Positions 11,244 through 22,275 of a stretch of 64,000 nucleotides of DNA are shown in pieces. The notes beneath the pieces were generated by a model. The model worked only from the letters and a program-made list of their open reading frames with translations. It ran no database searches and was not told where the DNA came from. Position numbers and translations under genes: made by a program. The stretch is from Dudresnaya verticillata (lineage: Eukaryota): positions 62,001 through 126,000 of the forward strand of contig OZ374557.1 in the NCBI GenBank assembly GCA_977862235.1, written 5' to 3'. Position 1 is the first letter of the stretch; every line of letters begins with the position of its first letter.

Positions 11244-11259
11244 TGGTCTCCCGACCTAG
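11244..11259 (+). promoter_or_regulatory. Primer-binding site, possibly tRNA-Tyr
   Basis: TGGTCTCCCGACCTAG follows the 5' LTR. Its complement ends GGGAGA-CCA like yeast tRNA-Tyr. The same PBS occurs at 56326, with a variant at ~39081-39096 on the minus strand. Confidence 0.7.
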
Positions 11260-11401
11260 AAGACCGTCAAGGTAGAAGAATGTCCGTTGGACTCCGCTTC
11301 GGTAGGAGATCAGCTTTGTGACAACTCCGTATTGATGTAAAGGCAGGACAAGGCAAAACACTCGTTGATTCCATTTTGGTAACCTAAGAATAGAAGAACA
11401 C

Positions 11402-13988
11402 ATGGACCCTACCGTATCGGATCAAGGTGAGGTGCCGTCAACCGCGAGATCACGCCGCGGTGACGATAACACCGTCCCGGAGGTGCCCTCTACTGCGAGA
11501 ACATGCCGCAGTGAGCCCACCGAACCGGAGGTAGCCTCAGCCTCGAGAACACGCCGTGGCGATGCTGCCGACCTGAACCCCGGTATGGAGAACCCCGAAG
11601 AACTCCTTAAAGGTGTAGCCAGTAAGCTCTCTAGATCCCGACCTGGTTCAGACACTTCCCGCAAGGATGTATCCAAGCCAGGTGACTCCAATCGTGTCCC
11701 TTGGATACTTTAGGAGGTCATCCCACGGGTGTTGAGCATCTCCGTATAGAGGCACAACCCAACATGGTCAAAGAGGTTGAGACCACGCTCGCCGACACCG
11801 TTCCGGTCATTGTTAGCTCCTATCTGGAGAAACACCTTCCGGAGTTGGTACAGACGCTCATCCGTCAGGAGCGTCAGGCGTCGGAGATCGAGCAGATGCT
11901 CATCCCCGGACAACCCCTACCGGGACCCAAGGAGCAGCCCTTTTATGGACCTACACCGATACGGAATAACTTCCCGGTCAAGAGAGAAACGACGTATATT
12001 CCAGAAATCCCCACTCAGGTGTTTCCTCCCGATCCGGTAAGGACAGCGGCAGCCCCTGGGTTACCTACCCAAACTGAATACACCGAATTGGATCCAACAC
12101 ACCAACCCCAACCGAATCGGAGTACGGTCCCTGGACCCGCAGAAGTGCCTGCGGAGGAACGTATCACCGTGTCGGTGGCTTCGCGTAGAGGCAGTGAGCA
12201 CTCCGATGGTGACTCCAAGAAAAACCAAGACCGGAGTGGTAGAGACAGTGCTGACAGAAAGGCCAAGGACTTCCACTCCGATAAGGAACGTGACCGTTCG
12301 CAACGGAGCAAACACGCTTCGTGACGGGACAAAGAACACTCCGGTACGGAATCTGATGATAGCCAACACCGCAATAGGAAGAAGAATAAGCCCAAGTCGC
12401 GCCATAGGCGCCGAAAAGGGTATGACTCCTCCCATTCATCCGGCTCTGATACGAGCTACTCCGATACGGATAGGGACGAGCGGCGTCGGGCCAGAAAAAA
12501 CGACGCCAAACACCGAGAGGTCGACAGGCCACTCCCAAAGGTGATCCGGCCCCTGAACGACAGGTTCGTGAAGGCGCTGGATTTCCGAACATACCGACTG
12601 GAGAAAAAGAGTTCATACTACAGCTCGAGCTTTTCCCAGAATATGGGACGCATCCGCAAAACGCTGGAGGTACAAATGAAGTCCCACTCCTTTAACGGTA
12701 CAGACCCATCACGGTCCTTGGATTTCTCGCGAAGTTCAAGGATGCGTGTAACATCAACTCCACTTCGGAAGGAACCGCACTGTGGTGTTTCCAGTTTTTC
12801 TTGAGTGGACAGGCTGAAGCTTTGCTTCAGGCCCGTCTCGCTGGTGGCACCATGGCGGTCGACGAGGAGCAAGCAGAGATGCTTCGCACCTATACCGAAG
12901 TGGTGAACGTTTTGCTAAGGACTTATGCTACCGATGAGGTGATTGCCGAAGGGTATTCAGACGTAACGTCGTTTCGACAAACGTCGGCCTTAACGGAAGA
13001 GCAATTCTCCAACCAACTTTGGACTAAGGCACTCCGATGCGGTACAGTATTCTCCGACAGGTCCCTCAAGTCGCTGTTTGTGGAAGGACTCCTCCCGGGA
13101 ACGTGTCAGCAGATGCGCAATTATCTGGCAACACACCCCCATATGGATTATCAAGCCATCACCCGCTACGCTAAAGGGCTTGGAGAATCCCATCGGGCAA
13201 CGAGACGCCAAACCTCAGCGGTGCACGTCTTCGACGGAAAACCTAAGAGTCAGTCACGACGTTCGGGCGTTCTGTCGATTGGTTCTCCATCGGAGTACAC
13301 CTACTCGGAGTATCCCGCTGAATCGGAGGAGCACGTGCTCGCCCTGGAAGGTGGCGCGGGTCGAAGCGCCGGCACCTCGTCGGGGGTTACGCTTACTACA
13401 GCGTACTCTTCCCCACCGAGTAGTGTCTACCCTACTCCGCCTCGGACTCCCAACCTACGCCCACCAGTGCCACGGATGCAACCACCCCGGCAACCCCGCT
13501 ACGGACCGGCTGATAGCCGCTACGGTCCCGCCACACATCGCCAAGGAACCACCGGGCAGCATCCCAGCCATATCGGACACCCCCACGGCAACACGCCTCC
13601 CCGTCAAGGGCAGGGCGAACACCGTATTGGAAAACAATCCCCTGCCGCAGAGCATACGGATCACACCTCACCGGATGTTAGACGCCTCTATGGAAGCGGC
13701 TACTGTCGTTTGTGTCTCTCCCCGGACCATGTCATTTGTCCGTATCTGAGCGACACCGAAAGGGGTCCCCTGATGGAAGAGCGCGAGCGCAACTATCAGG
13801 CGCTCCTCCTCAAGCGGCAGGCCTTCGCTAACTCCAATACGGGAAACCGTCCGCCGGGTAACTACCAGCAACACCCAGCGCGGGTGCTGACTGTCGATGG
13901 TGGTGTGGTTGGCGAGCCCCCAGCTGATATGATGGAGGAGGCACTCATGACGCACCCCAACTCGGAAAACGTCGCAGGAGACGTGTAA
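11402..13988 (+). pseudogene. Gag of Gypsy family A (frameshifted or stop-interrupted)
   Basis: Consecutive ORF pieces 11402, 11701, 12541 and 12801 with YRL.., FNGTDP, FVEGL and a CRLC..DH..CP knuckle; homologous to the family B gag motifs. Confidence 0.8.
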
Positions 13989-14169
13989 TGACGTCCCCGT
14001 CTCCTCAATGCGACGTGGTATGCCCACCAGCACGGGCTTTGCCGGACTTTAGTCCGCCACCATTGCGGAGTACCCCCTTGATTTAGTTCCAGAAATCCCC
14101 CTTGAATTTCAACCACCCGGTGATTCTGTCTGTGTTCTACAACGGCAGAATTATAAAATCCAGATTACC

Positions 14170-14697
14170 GTGGGAAGGAGTAATGACCTCATGTTACCTC
14201 TCATCAACGTATTGGATTCTGGTGCTGGGCCAAATCTCATTAACGCCAGACGGCTTCCACGCCACTGGTTGTCTTTGATTCGCCCCGCTGCCAGTCCACC
14301 TTTACGGGATGCGTCCAATAGGTCGATACGCCTGCTTGGTGTCATTCAACTTTTTGCCCGTATCGGAGAATTGCGTACTCGAGTCCACTTCCTGGTGGTC
14401 GCGAACCTCGCTGCTCCGTGTATTATGGGAACCAGTTTTATTGATCGCCATGTCAAGGCGATCCTCCCACCGGCACGGAAAGTTGTTTTTCATCACCACT
14501 CCCCGGTTTCGCTAATGGGACAAACCAGACACTCCAAAACAGTGGCTGCTTCTACTCTTCAGGGCCCCTGTGTCATCCGCTTTGGTATCGCAAAAGCTCC
14601 GACTAGCAAAATCCCTTATTATCCCCCTATGCCCCAATCCCTTGCATTGGTCACCACTCCTACCGGTGGTTTGTGCTTTCTTCAAAACCATCCATAA
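14170..14697 (+). pseudogene. Aspartic protease of Gypsy family A
   Basis: LDSGAGPNLI and CIMGTSFI motifs. Confidence 0.85.
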
Positions 14698-15133
14698 GCA
14701 CCTCACCCTTATGGCTAACGGAGTTATCGATATAATCCCTAACAAACCCTATAAGGTGTGGCTGACTAATTTTCCCCCAAACCGGTGCGGTTATCCAAGT
14801 CTACCGTCCTGGGCCTCGCTACTGCTGCTCCCTCTGCCATACTCACCGTTAACGGTGTACCTCCATTTAAGGAGGGGGGAGGACATATTAATTACTTTCC
14901 TACTCCTCCTAATGAAAGCAGCAAGGCTACACCCCAAGATGGATTCAAAGGAAACACCGTATCGGAATAAACTACAACCCCTGACACCGATTGGAAAGAT
15001 AACATCCATATTGGTGCCAAGGATGAAAAACTCCGCGCTAAGGTGGTTACACTCCTCGAGGAGTTCAGCACTATGTGGAACGGCGAGTTAGGAAATATAA
15101 CTGCCGCGAAACACCGTATTGAATTAATGCCTG

Positions 15134-17572
15134 GTGCCAAACCGGTATATCAAGCACCATATCGGGCAGGACATAAACAGCGCGAGCTGGAGAAGGCAGA
15201 AGTGGATCGTATGTTGTCCGCTTGTGATCGAGCCATCCGCTTCAGAGTGGGCCAGTCCTGTGGTCTTCGTTCCTAAAAAGGACGGCTCCATGCGGTTTTG
15301 TGTCGATTACAGGCGACTTAACGCTGTCACCGTTCGGGATTCATACCCTTTACCGCGGATGGATGAATGTATCGACTCCCTTGGAGAAGCTACAGTATTC
15401 AACACTCTGGATTGTAATAGTGGCTACTGGCAAGTAGAGATCCCCGAGGAGGAGCGTGACAAAACTACCTTCACCAGTCATTATGGATTATACCGCTTCC
15501 GGAGAATGCCTTTTGGGCTCAAGAACGCACCCGCTACTTTCCAACGGGCGGTTGACATCATCCTATCTACGGTGAAATGGCAATTTGCCTTAGTCTACCT
15601 GGATGATGTGATTGTATATTCTAACACCGTCACGGAGCACTTCGAACAACTTAAGGAGGTCCTCACGCTACTCCGTTCCGCAGGTGTAACTCTGAAATTA
15701 TCAAAGTGTGCCTTCTTCGACACTTCCGTACAGTATCTGGGCCACATAGTGCGCCCGGGCCAACTGGAAGTGGAACAGAAGAATATTCTCGCCGTTAAGG
15801 AGGCTAAGCCACCTACAAACCAAACGGAGTTGCGCTCTTTTCTAGGATTATGTAACGTCTATCGACGCTTCGTTCCCAATTTCGCACGAATTGCTTCGAC
15901 ACTCAATAAGAAAACCGGCAAGGGTCTGGTATTCGAGTTTGGAACTCTCACCGGAACGGAGTTTAACGCCTTTGAGGAGTTAAAGAGACACCTAATCTCT
16001 CCTCCAATATTGGCTTTACCCCGCCATGGTTTCAATTACACGTTGGATGCTGACGCTTGTGATTACCAAGTTGGGTGTGTCCTTCTTCAGGAGCATCCTA
16101 GTGGAGCTAATCTACCAGTGGGTTACTGGAGCCGAAGCCTAACCGATGCGGAGAAGAATTACACAACCACTGAAAAGGAGTGCCTTACTGTAGTTTGGAG
16201 TATGCTAACGCTACGCCCCTACCTTTACGGTGAAAAGTTTATACTCCGTACTGATCACGACGCATTACGCTGGATATTGAGTCTAGCCGATGCGTCTGGA
16301 CACTTAGCAAGATGGCGCCTACGCCTATCGGAATTTGGGTTCGAGGTACAATACCGCCCTGGAATCAAGCACCAACTCGCAGACGGTATGTCCAGACTCC
16401 GAACAGGTGGTGTGGACAAAGCTGAGTTGGATGAGGAAGTGCCTTGCTTCGTTATGGAATCGACTCCTAATGGTGTAGTGCAACATGGTGTGCGACTAAC
16501 CAATTGGAAACAGACCCAGCAGCCGGATGCCGCGAGCAGCCTTGTCCTAGGCGTTGAAAGTGGAGACACCGAAACGGATACTACGCCTGAAAAGGATACA
16601 GTGCCACCCACTCCACTCCGGAAAACAGTAATCCAACAAGAGGATATGCGCAATGAGACCCTTACCCGTGAGGAGTTCATAGGCACGCAAGCAACAGATA
16701 CTTTCTGCAAGCTTAAAGCCGAATCGGTAGGATCCCCTGGATCGCAATTTGACTACGACCGACATGGGTTTCTTGTGCGCAAGTCTGCCCTCGACGGTGC
16801 ACTCCAAAAGGTGGTACCGCAACAGATGCGCGGCAGGGTCCTGTATCTTGCCCACTACACCTTGATGTCGGGACACCCTGGTGGGATTAAGATGTACTAC
16901 ACCTTACGGAGAGACTACTGTTGGCCACATATGTCTAACGATGTATTCGAGACCGTTCGGAGTTGCCGCTCATGTGTCAAAACCAAGGGCACGCGGTTTA
17001 AGCATCAGAAGTTCATGAAGCTATTTCCCGCGAGTGGCCCACTGGAGTTTGTCGCTACGGACATACTGGGCCCGCTGCCGAAAACCAAACGGGGATACGT
17101 CTTTGTACTGGTCATCACCGATCGGTTTTCTAAACTAACACGGTGCATTCCGTTACGGACGATTACAGCCGTCGTGGTGGCGAACACATTTTTAGACCAT
17201 TGGGTGTATGCGTATGGCGCACCTAAATTTGTACTCACCGACAATGGAAGACAGTTCACGGCGAAGTTCTTCGACGCTGTCTGTGCCCTACTCGGAGTGC
17301 GGCATTTGTTGACCGCTGCCTATCACCCGCAAACCAACGGGCAAGCCGAGCGGTTTAACAAAACCATAGCGCAGCGCCTCCGACACTACGTCGAGGATCA
17401 CCACACCGATTGGGATTTATACTTACAGCCGTTGACCTACTCCCATAATATGCAGGTACACCGGATTACGGATAGTACTCCCTTTGACTTGGTGTTAACT
17501 CGACACCCATCGGATATAATTGTGCGTGGCACCCCTGTGGAGTTGGAAGAAACCGTTACGAGGGGCGTATGA
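15134..17572 (+). CDS. Pol (RT, RNase H, integrase) of Gypsy family A
   Basis: RFCVDYRRLN, MPFGLKNAPATFQ, YLDD, DACDYQVG, TDH, H..GHPG..C..C zinc finger and the D-D-E core. The N-terminus is frameshifted relative to 15043-15276. Confidence 0.93.
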   Translation: MPNRYIKHHIGQDINSASWRRQKWIVCCPLVIEPSASEWASPVVFVPKKDGSMRFCVDYRRLNAVTVRDSYPLPRMDECIDSLGEATVFNTLDCNSGYWQVEIPEEERDKTTFTSHYGLYRFRRMPFGLKNAPATFQRAVDIILSTVKWQFALVYLDDVIVYSNTVTEHFEQLKEVLTLLRSAGVTLKLSKCAFFDTSVQYLGHIVRPGQLEVEQKNILAVKEAKPPTNQTELRSFLGLCNVYRRFVPNFARIASTLNKKTGKGLVFEFGTLTGTEFNAFEELKRHLISPPILALPRHGFNYTLDADACDYQVGCVLLQEHPSGANLPVGYWSRSLTDAEKNYTTTEKECLTVVWSMLTLRPYLYGEKFILRTDHDALRWILSLADASGHLARWRLRLSEFGFEVQYRPGIKHQLADGMSRLRTGGVDKAELDEEVPCFVMESTPNGVVQHGVRLTNWKQTQQPDAASSLVLGVESGDTETDTTPEKDTVPPTPLRKTVIQQEDMRNETLTREEFIGTQATDTFCKLKAESVGSPGSQFDYDRHGFLVRKSALDGALQKVVPQQMRGRVLYLAHYTLMSGHPGGIKMYYTLRRDYCWPHMSNDVFETVRSCRSCVKTKGTRFKHQKFMKLFPASGPLEFVATDILGPLPKTKRGYVFVLVITDRFSKLTRCIPLRTITAVVVANTFLDHWVYAYGAPKFVLTDNGRQFTAKFFDAVCALLGVRHLLTAAYHPQTNGQAERFNKTIAQRLRHYVEDHHTDWDLYLQPLTYSHNMQVHRITDSTPFDLVLTRHPSDIIVRGTPVELEETVTRGV

Positions 17573-18345
17573 CGCCCGTACTCCAAAAATGGGGAACCAT
17601 GCGGCGTTTGCGTTATGCCCTACAGAAGGCGCAGACCAAACAGACTAAAGCCCAGTTGAAGTCTAAGGCCCTATTCGACCGTAAGGTGCGTTTCCTACCG
17701 GTGGTTCGTGGTGGCGATCAAGTCTACGTAGACAGCCCGCCGCGTAATCTACGGCCCACCGAACGGAAGGAACGCGACCGATTGGGTCAAGGCCCTGACC
17801 ACGTCGGTGAATTTGCGGAGCAAATGAAGAAGCTCCTCCCAAGATCGACGGGCCCCTACGAGGTGCACACTGCAACGGATACTGTAGTCACGATCAAGAA
17901 GGATGGCGTCCTGATTCCCATCAGCATCGATCGCATCACTAAGGTACCAATTGGAGTTCCCGTGCAACCGGCGCCTCTATTGGTTCCGCCGGTTACACCA
18001 CACACCGAAGAGGACGATGTAGTATCCCAGCAGGCGGGAGGCACCACAGTAGTACCCCAAACATCAGGTGGTATTACTGTAACGCCCCAAACGCCAGGCG
18101 GTATTTCTGCCCCCGTGCCGGAGACAATTGATGCCGACACGGAGTATGTCATCGAGCAGATCGTGGGAGACCGCGAAGAATCCACGGGCATGACCTACAA
18201 GGTGCGTTGGTACGGCTACCCACCAGACCAGGACACGTATGAACCCGCTGAGGAGTTGCCGCAAAACTTCATACACCGCTATTGGAATAGAAAACGCACG
18301 GCAGCCGCTGCAGCTCGACATCGCAGGGCTCCCACGCGTCGATAG
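17569..18345 (+). pseudogene. Integrase C-terminus (GPY) and chromodomain, frameshifted
   Basis: KLLPRSTGPY and EYVIEQIVG...YKVRWYGYPPDQDTYEP..LPQ.FI..YW. Confidence 0.88.
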
Positions 18346-18728
18346 CCAGTCGCTACTCACCCACGCAGTAAGGGTTTTGGCAAAATCGGGCATGACCTGT
18401 GGACTCCGTGTTCACAGAACCCTTGCCCAAGGGGCCCTACTCCGTATTGGTGACTTGGCGTTGGTACAAAATGGGCATGACCTCTGGACTCTGGAAACAC
18501 AGAACCCTTTCCCAAGGGGCTCTACTCCATATTGGTGAATCGCCGGCAAGCGCGCAACCACTTCTGGTATCAGGTGGTTGTCAACCCGACACAAAGCCTT
18601 TTATGGTGGAGGGTATCCCCGCCACTTCGGGACTCACTCCACAGTGGTGTTATTCCACTTCCCCTCCGGCAGTGGAAGGGGGGCTCACAAAAATCACAAG
18701 ATTTTATTGACAAGTGGCATTACTACGC

Positions 18729-19643
18729 TTACGCTGCATTTCGCGGACGCTTCGCTGGTGGCGCCAGGTCAGCCTCCGTATCCTCCTCTTTTGCCGCACT
18801 CTCCTCCAAGTCGGGAATATCCTCATCATACACCCTTGCGGTAATCATGGTGAGTCTCCTACCGGTGTCTGCCATGCGACGACGCAAGGCTCGAATGGTG
18901 CGCCGCAGACGCACCAGACGCCCGACCCACAGCAGTGCGGTGTTAATGGCCTCGTTTACCGACGCTGGGAGCGGCATACCCGCGTCCCTACACCCTTCGC
19001 GGAGTCTCTGCAGAGCAGCCCCATCGACACGCAAATCCGCGTCGCACCACGTCGACATTTCCACATCGGTGTCCTTCTCCTCCTTGACCGTGACGGAGTC
19101 GGTAAGCCTTGCCGCGGTACCAGCTGGATCCAAGGACGTGACGCAGACGACGGAGTCACTGGACTCTGTCGACGTCGGTTTGACCACGCCGCCCCGCTTT
19201 GGTGTACCTCCCTGCATTTTGGCGGACGGATTCACCCCCAATGGTGTAGACGCCTTTCTTTTACCCATTGGCGTGGTAGGCACTTCCGCATCGGAGTCTT
19301 CTGGAGTTCCAATGGGTCCCAGCTGAGCGGTCTTGGCCGCCCTCGCTACTGCCTGGGTCTCCACGCTGGTAACCTTCCCTCCCGTAGTTGGTGGAGCACG
19401 GACCTCACTAACCCTCGGCCGCACCACTGTCCTAAGCTGAACCGCATCGGTGTGCGCCGGTGATGCCCGGGGCGGCAATACAACCTTCGTCCCCTGTGCC
19501 GTTGCTCCTTTTGGAGACACCGTTACGGGCTTATTCGGCGGTACCGCCGCGGGATCGCGGTTATTCGCTTCAACCTCTGGCGATTCGTGGGGCACCAACA
19601 TCCTCGGGCCCGCACGCGTTGGCTCGATGCCTACCATTCCCAC
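18729..19643 (-). CDS. Antisense extra ORF 2 in Gypsy family A (unknown function; low complexity, coiled-coil-like segment, C-terminal PPAKRPR)
   Basis: 304-aa ORF between the integrase and the 3' LTR, co-oriented with 19812-21755. Confidence 0.5.
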   Translation of the reverse strand: MGMVGIEPTRAGPRMLVPHESPEVEANNRDPAAVPPNKPVTVSPKGATAQGTKVVLPPRASPAHTDAVQLRTVVRPRVSEVRAPPTTGGKVTSVETQAVARAAKTAQLGPIGTPEDSDAEVPTTPMGKRKASTPLGVNPSAKMQGGTPKRGGVVKPTSTESSDSVVCVTSLDPAGTAARLTDSVTVKEEKDTDVEMSTWCDADLRVDGAALQRLREGCRDAGMPLPASVNEAINTALLWVGRLVRLRRTIRALRRRMADTGRRLTMITARVYDEDIPDLEESAAKEEDTEADLAPPAKRPRNAA

Positions 19644-19811
19644 GGGTGTAACTTATTCCTGATCCGCCAAGGGACTCCCACCACGCGCACGTGTCCCAGA
19701 CGGCATACCCCACTCGCGGTGTCCCGACCGCCTCGGTGGCCCCTCCGTGACCGGATAGTGCCTTGCGTGGGATCGCATCGCATGCCAGTTGGCCATCTCC
19801 TCATCAAGCAA

Positions 19812-21755
19812 TCACACCGGATTGGGATCCTCCGCCGACAGGTAGTAAAGTAGACCGTACCCTGAACTCAGCGGCGGAACGGACAACACCCCGTCGTCGT
19901 CCCAATGGTAGCCGACGAAACCCGGTGTCTTCTTCCAGTTGGTGTTTGCGTGAATCGTGAACAAGCGTTGCACGCGCTCCAACGGATACTCGGTCCCCTC
20001 CACGAGCGCGGCTACTCCCATTTGGTGTATGAGCGAGACGACCTTGGCGGGCAACTCGAAAATGCGCCCACAGTCGCCACCCTCCGGCTCGGTGCTTTCT
20101 CTTGGGAAGGCTCTCCAATCGGTCATTTTCGTGTTGGCACGCACACCGCGATAGGTAACTTGTAGCCACGAAAAGAGCACGAACATCGCCCACTCCGAAC
20201 GCAGAATCAACTCCAAAACGGTCATCTGTGGGTGATCGATTGACTTCTCTCCGCCGGGGTTTAACTCTTTCCAATTACGGTGTCGAAGGAGCCTATTCGT
20301 GAAGTACGCCACCACGGTCGGAGTTGGCACCGAAAGCCAGCGGGTGACCTCGAATTCGGCCCACCACTCCGGCGCGGTAAGGTAGAGGCTGCGGTGCCAT
20401 GACGCGGGCACTTGGAAGAATTCGTGAGTATTCCACGTGTGGAGTAACACCCTACCCAAACGGCGCCCATCGCGATCCCGTGAACAGAGTCTATATTCCT
20501 TCGCTGCGTCGTCGGACCACCGTTGCGGATTGCCAAACCAATGTACACCCTGGTCGTACGGTTTGGTGTAGCACAAGAACTCCACCCCCACTGGACGATC
20601 CTGCAGCCGATGTGCGGACACCAATAAGCGGAACACCTTCTCGGCATAACCCTCTTCTTCCTGACACTGTACCCATACGATGTCACACCCACGAGGAGTC
20701 CGTGTCCGGCAAGCGGAGTGAATCCAGCGGGACTTCCACATTTCTTCCCGCCGGTTCGGAAACCACTTGTGGTTGATCAGCCCGCTGGACTCCGTCACGG
20801 CGTTATAGCGGCGCCCCTCCAGCGTCTCGGCGTAATCCATCACGAACACCGACACAGGAAGGGGGAGGCGGACCATGTCGCGCTCCTCTTCGGTGCGGTG
20901 ACGCCGACCTGTGCGGTGGTCGTATTCGCGACCCAACCACGTCGCCTCATCGGTGTACTCGGTTGAACTCGAGAGTCCCCGATACCCAGCTGGAGTGTAC
21001 GACCTTTGCCCAGGTGGAGTAATCACGGCACCCCTCGTCGGTGACGGCCGTGGATGAACGTTTCCACTCCGACCATGCGGAGTCGCCCATTGCTGCTCCG
21101 GCGCAACCGGCGTGACGCCCCCCTGTCGTGGCTCGCCGCTTGCGCAGTACTCCATTTCGGTGTTACTCCTGCCAGGCCGATGTGCCCCTTCTCCTACTTG
21201 ACGATCCGGAAGCGGTGTGGCCGAAGTCGGGCCCTCGCCCCTGATGCGGCGGCGTGGCGCCCTCGGGCTCGTTGGACGCCCTGGCGCTCCGGCCCCCGCG
21301 ATAGGCAACTCCGGTATGGTGGTCGGCCGCCCCTCTTCTTCTCGCGTGGAAATCCCCGCTGCTGGCACCTCCCCCGCCGACTGCGAATGGCGCGTCGGCT
21401 GGAAAGGGGACCGCCCGCGGTCAGTGCTGCCACCCACCACGGCAGGCGGCACACCGGAATGGAAGAGCGCGTTGGTTGACCGGCAAGATGATGCACCAGT
21501 TGGAAGGGAGTGGATGATGGAATGTTGCGGTATACCTGAATGGAGTGAGTACCCAATTCCCGAGGCGCACGAGGACGTGTCGCCATTTAAGGAGGGGTCT
21601 GTGGTGAAGCGGCCGTTCCGGAGTGCGGACGACGGTTGAGCCGACTCGCGGCCGGCGCACCGGTGAGCTGGCGCCAAAAAGCCGAAGCGGAGTGCAGTGA
21701 TACAGTAGCACTGTATGCCCTGCTGGAGTCTGCGCGCACCACCAATAGGAGCCAA
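19812..21755 (-). CDS. Antisense extra ORF 1 in Gypsy family A (unknown function; true start uncertain)
   Basis: 647-codon frame reading out of the 3' LTR, with a disordered N-half and a Trp/aromatic-rich, globular-looking C-half. Confidence 0.6.
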   Translation of the reverse strand: MAPIGGARRLQQGIQCYCITALRFGFLAPAHRCAGRESAQPSSALRNGRFTTDPSLNGDTSSCASGIGYSLHSGIPQHSIIHSLPTGASSCRSTNALFHSGVPPAVVGGSTDRGRSPFQPTRHSQSAGEVPAAGISTREEEGRPTTIPELPIAGAGAPGRPTSPRAPRRRIRGEGPTSATPLPDRQVGEGAHRPGRSNTEMEYCASGEPRQGGVTPVAPEQQWATPHGRSGNVHPRPSPTRGAVITPPGQRSYTPAGYRGLSSSTEYTDEATWLGREYDHRTGRRHRTEEERDMVRLPLPVSVFVMDYAETLEGRRYNAVTESSGLINHKWFPNRREEMWKSRWIHSACRTRTPRGCDIVWVQCQEEEGYAEKVFRLLVSAHRLQDRPVGVEFLCYTKPYDQGVHWFGNPQRWSDDAAKEYRLCSRDRDGRRLGRVLLHTWNTHEFFQVPASWHRSLYLTAPEWWAEFEVTRWLSVPTPTVVAYFTNRLLRHRNWKELNPGGEKSIDHPQMTVLELILRSEWAMFVLFSWLQVTYRGVRANTKMTDWRAFPRESTEPEGGDCGRIFELPAKVVSLIHQMGVAALVEGTEYPLERVQRLFTIHANTNWKKTPGFVGYHWDDDGVLSVPPLSSGYGLLYYLSAEDPNPV

Positions 21756-22275
21756 GTAGTTGATTTATTTGTAACTAGTCAATTATAATCATGCTGTACA
21801 GTACGTAGTGTCAGCCGGCCAATGAGAATGCCGAGCATGTCCGCAACGGTGACCGGGACCAGTAGGGCCGGACCCACCTGTTGGACCAGACCCATTGGGG
21901 TCTGGCCCACACGGACCGGACCGCGGGGCGTATCTCCCAGTATGTTAATGGGTGGCCACCGCGAGTCCTACAGTAAACGGGTACGCAACCCTGGGCAAAG
22001 TGACTTACCCTAAGCCTTACCCTCATACTCCTTTACGGTTTCCCCTCGCCAGCCCCGTGCACGGATTCCTCTTACCTCCGTCCCGGTGTAGCTGTCCTGG
22101 CACTGTGCCGTCCCCCTTGTCTGTTGCGTCCCTTTACTCCTTACAGGTGTTGCCGCTCGAGGTACTCCCTTCGGTCTACGAACTAAGCTCTACCACCCCG
22201 GTGCCGTGTGAGATCACTCCTTATTGGGATTGCCTGATCAGCTCTCCTTACAGGTGTGCCTTTCACTTCACCACA
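21600..22275 (+). repeat. 3' LTR of Gypsy family A
   Basis: Copy of 10561-11236, preceded by a PPT and followed by TSD CCGTA. Confidence 0.95.

Larger units (their letters stand above)
10561..22275 (+). mobile_element. Ty3/Gypsy chromovirus, family A, full length with disrupted gag/pol
   Basis: 676-bp LTRs (TGTGGTGAAG...CTTCACCACA), TSD CCGTA, PBS at 11244, PPT AAGGAGGGG before 21600, and PR-RT-RH-IN-chromodomain order. Confidence 0.95.

Noticed and set aside
18532..19326. 264-aa plus-strand ORF as an env-like gene
   Set aside because: It overlaps the minus ORF 18729-19643 and has no signal peptide or transmembrane env features.
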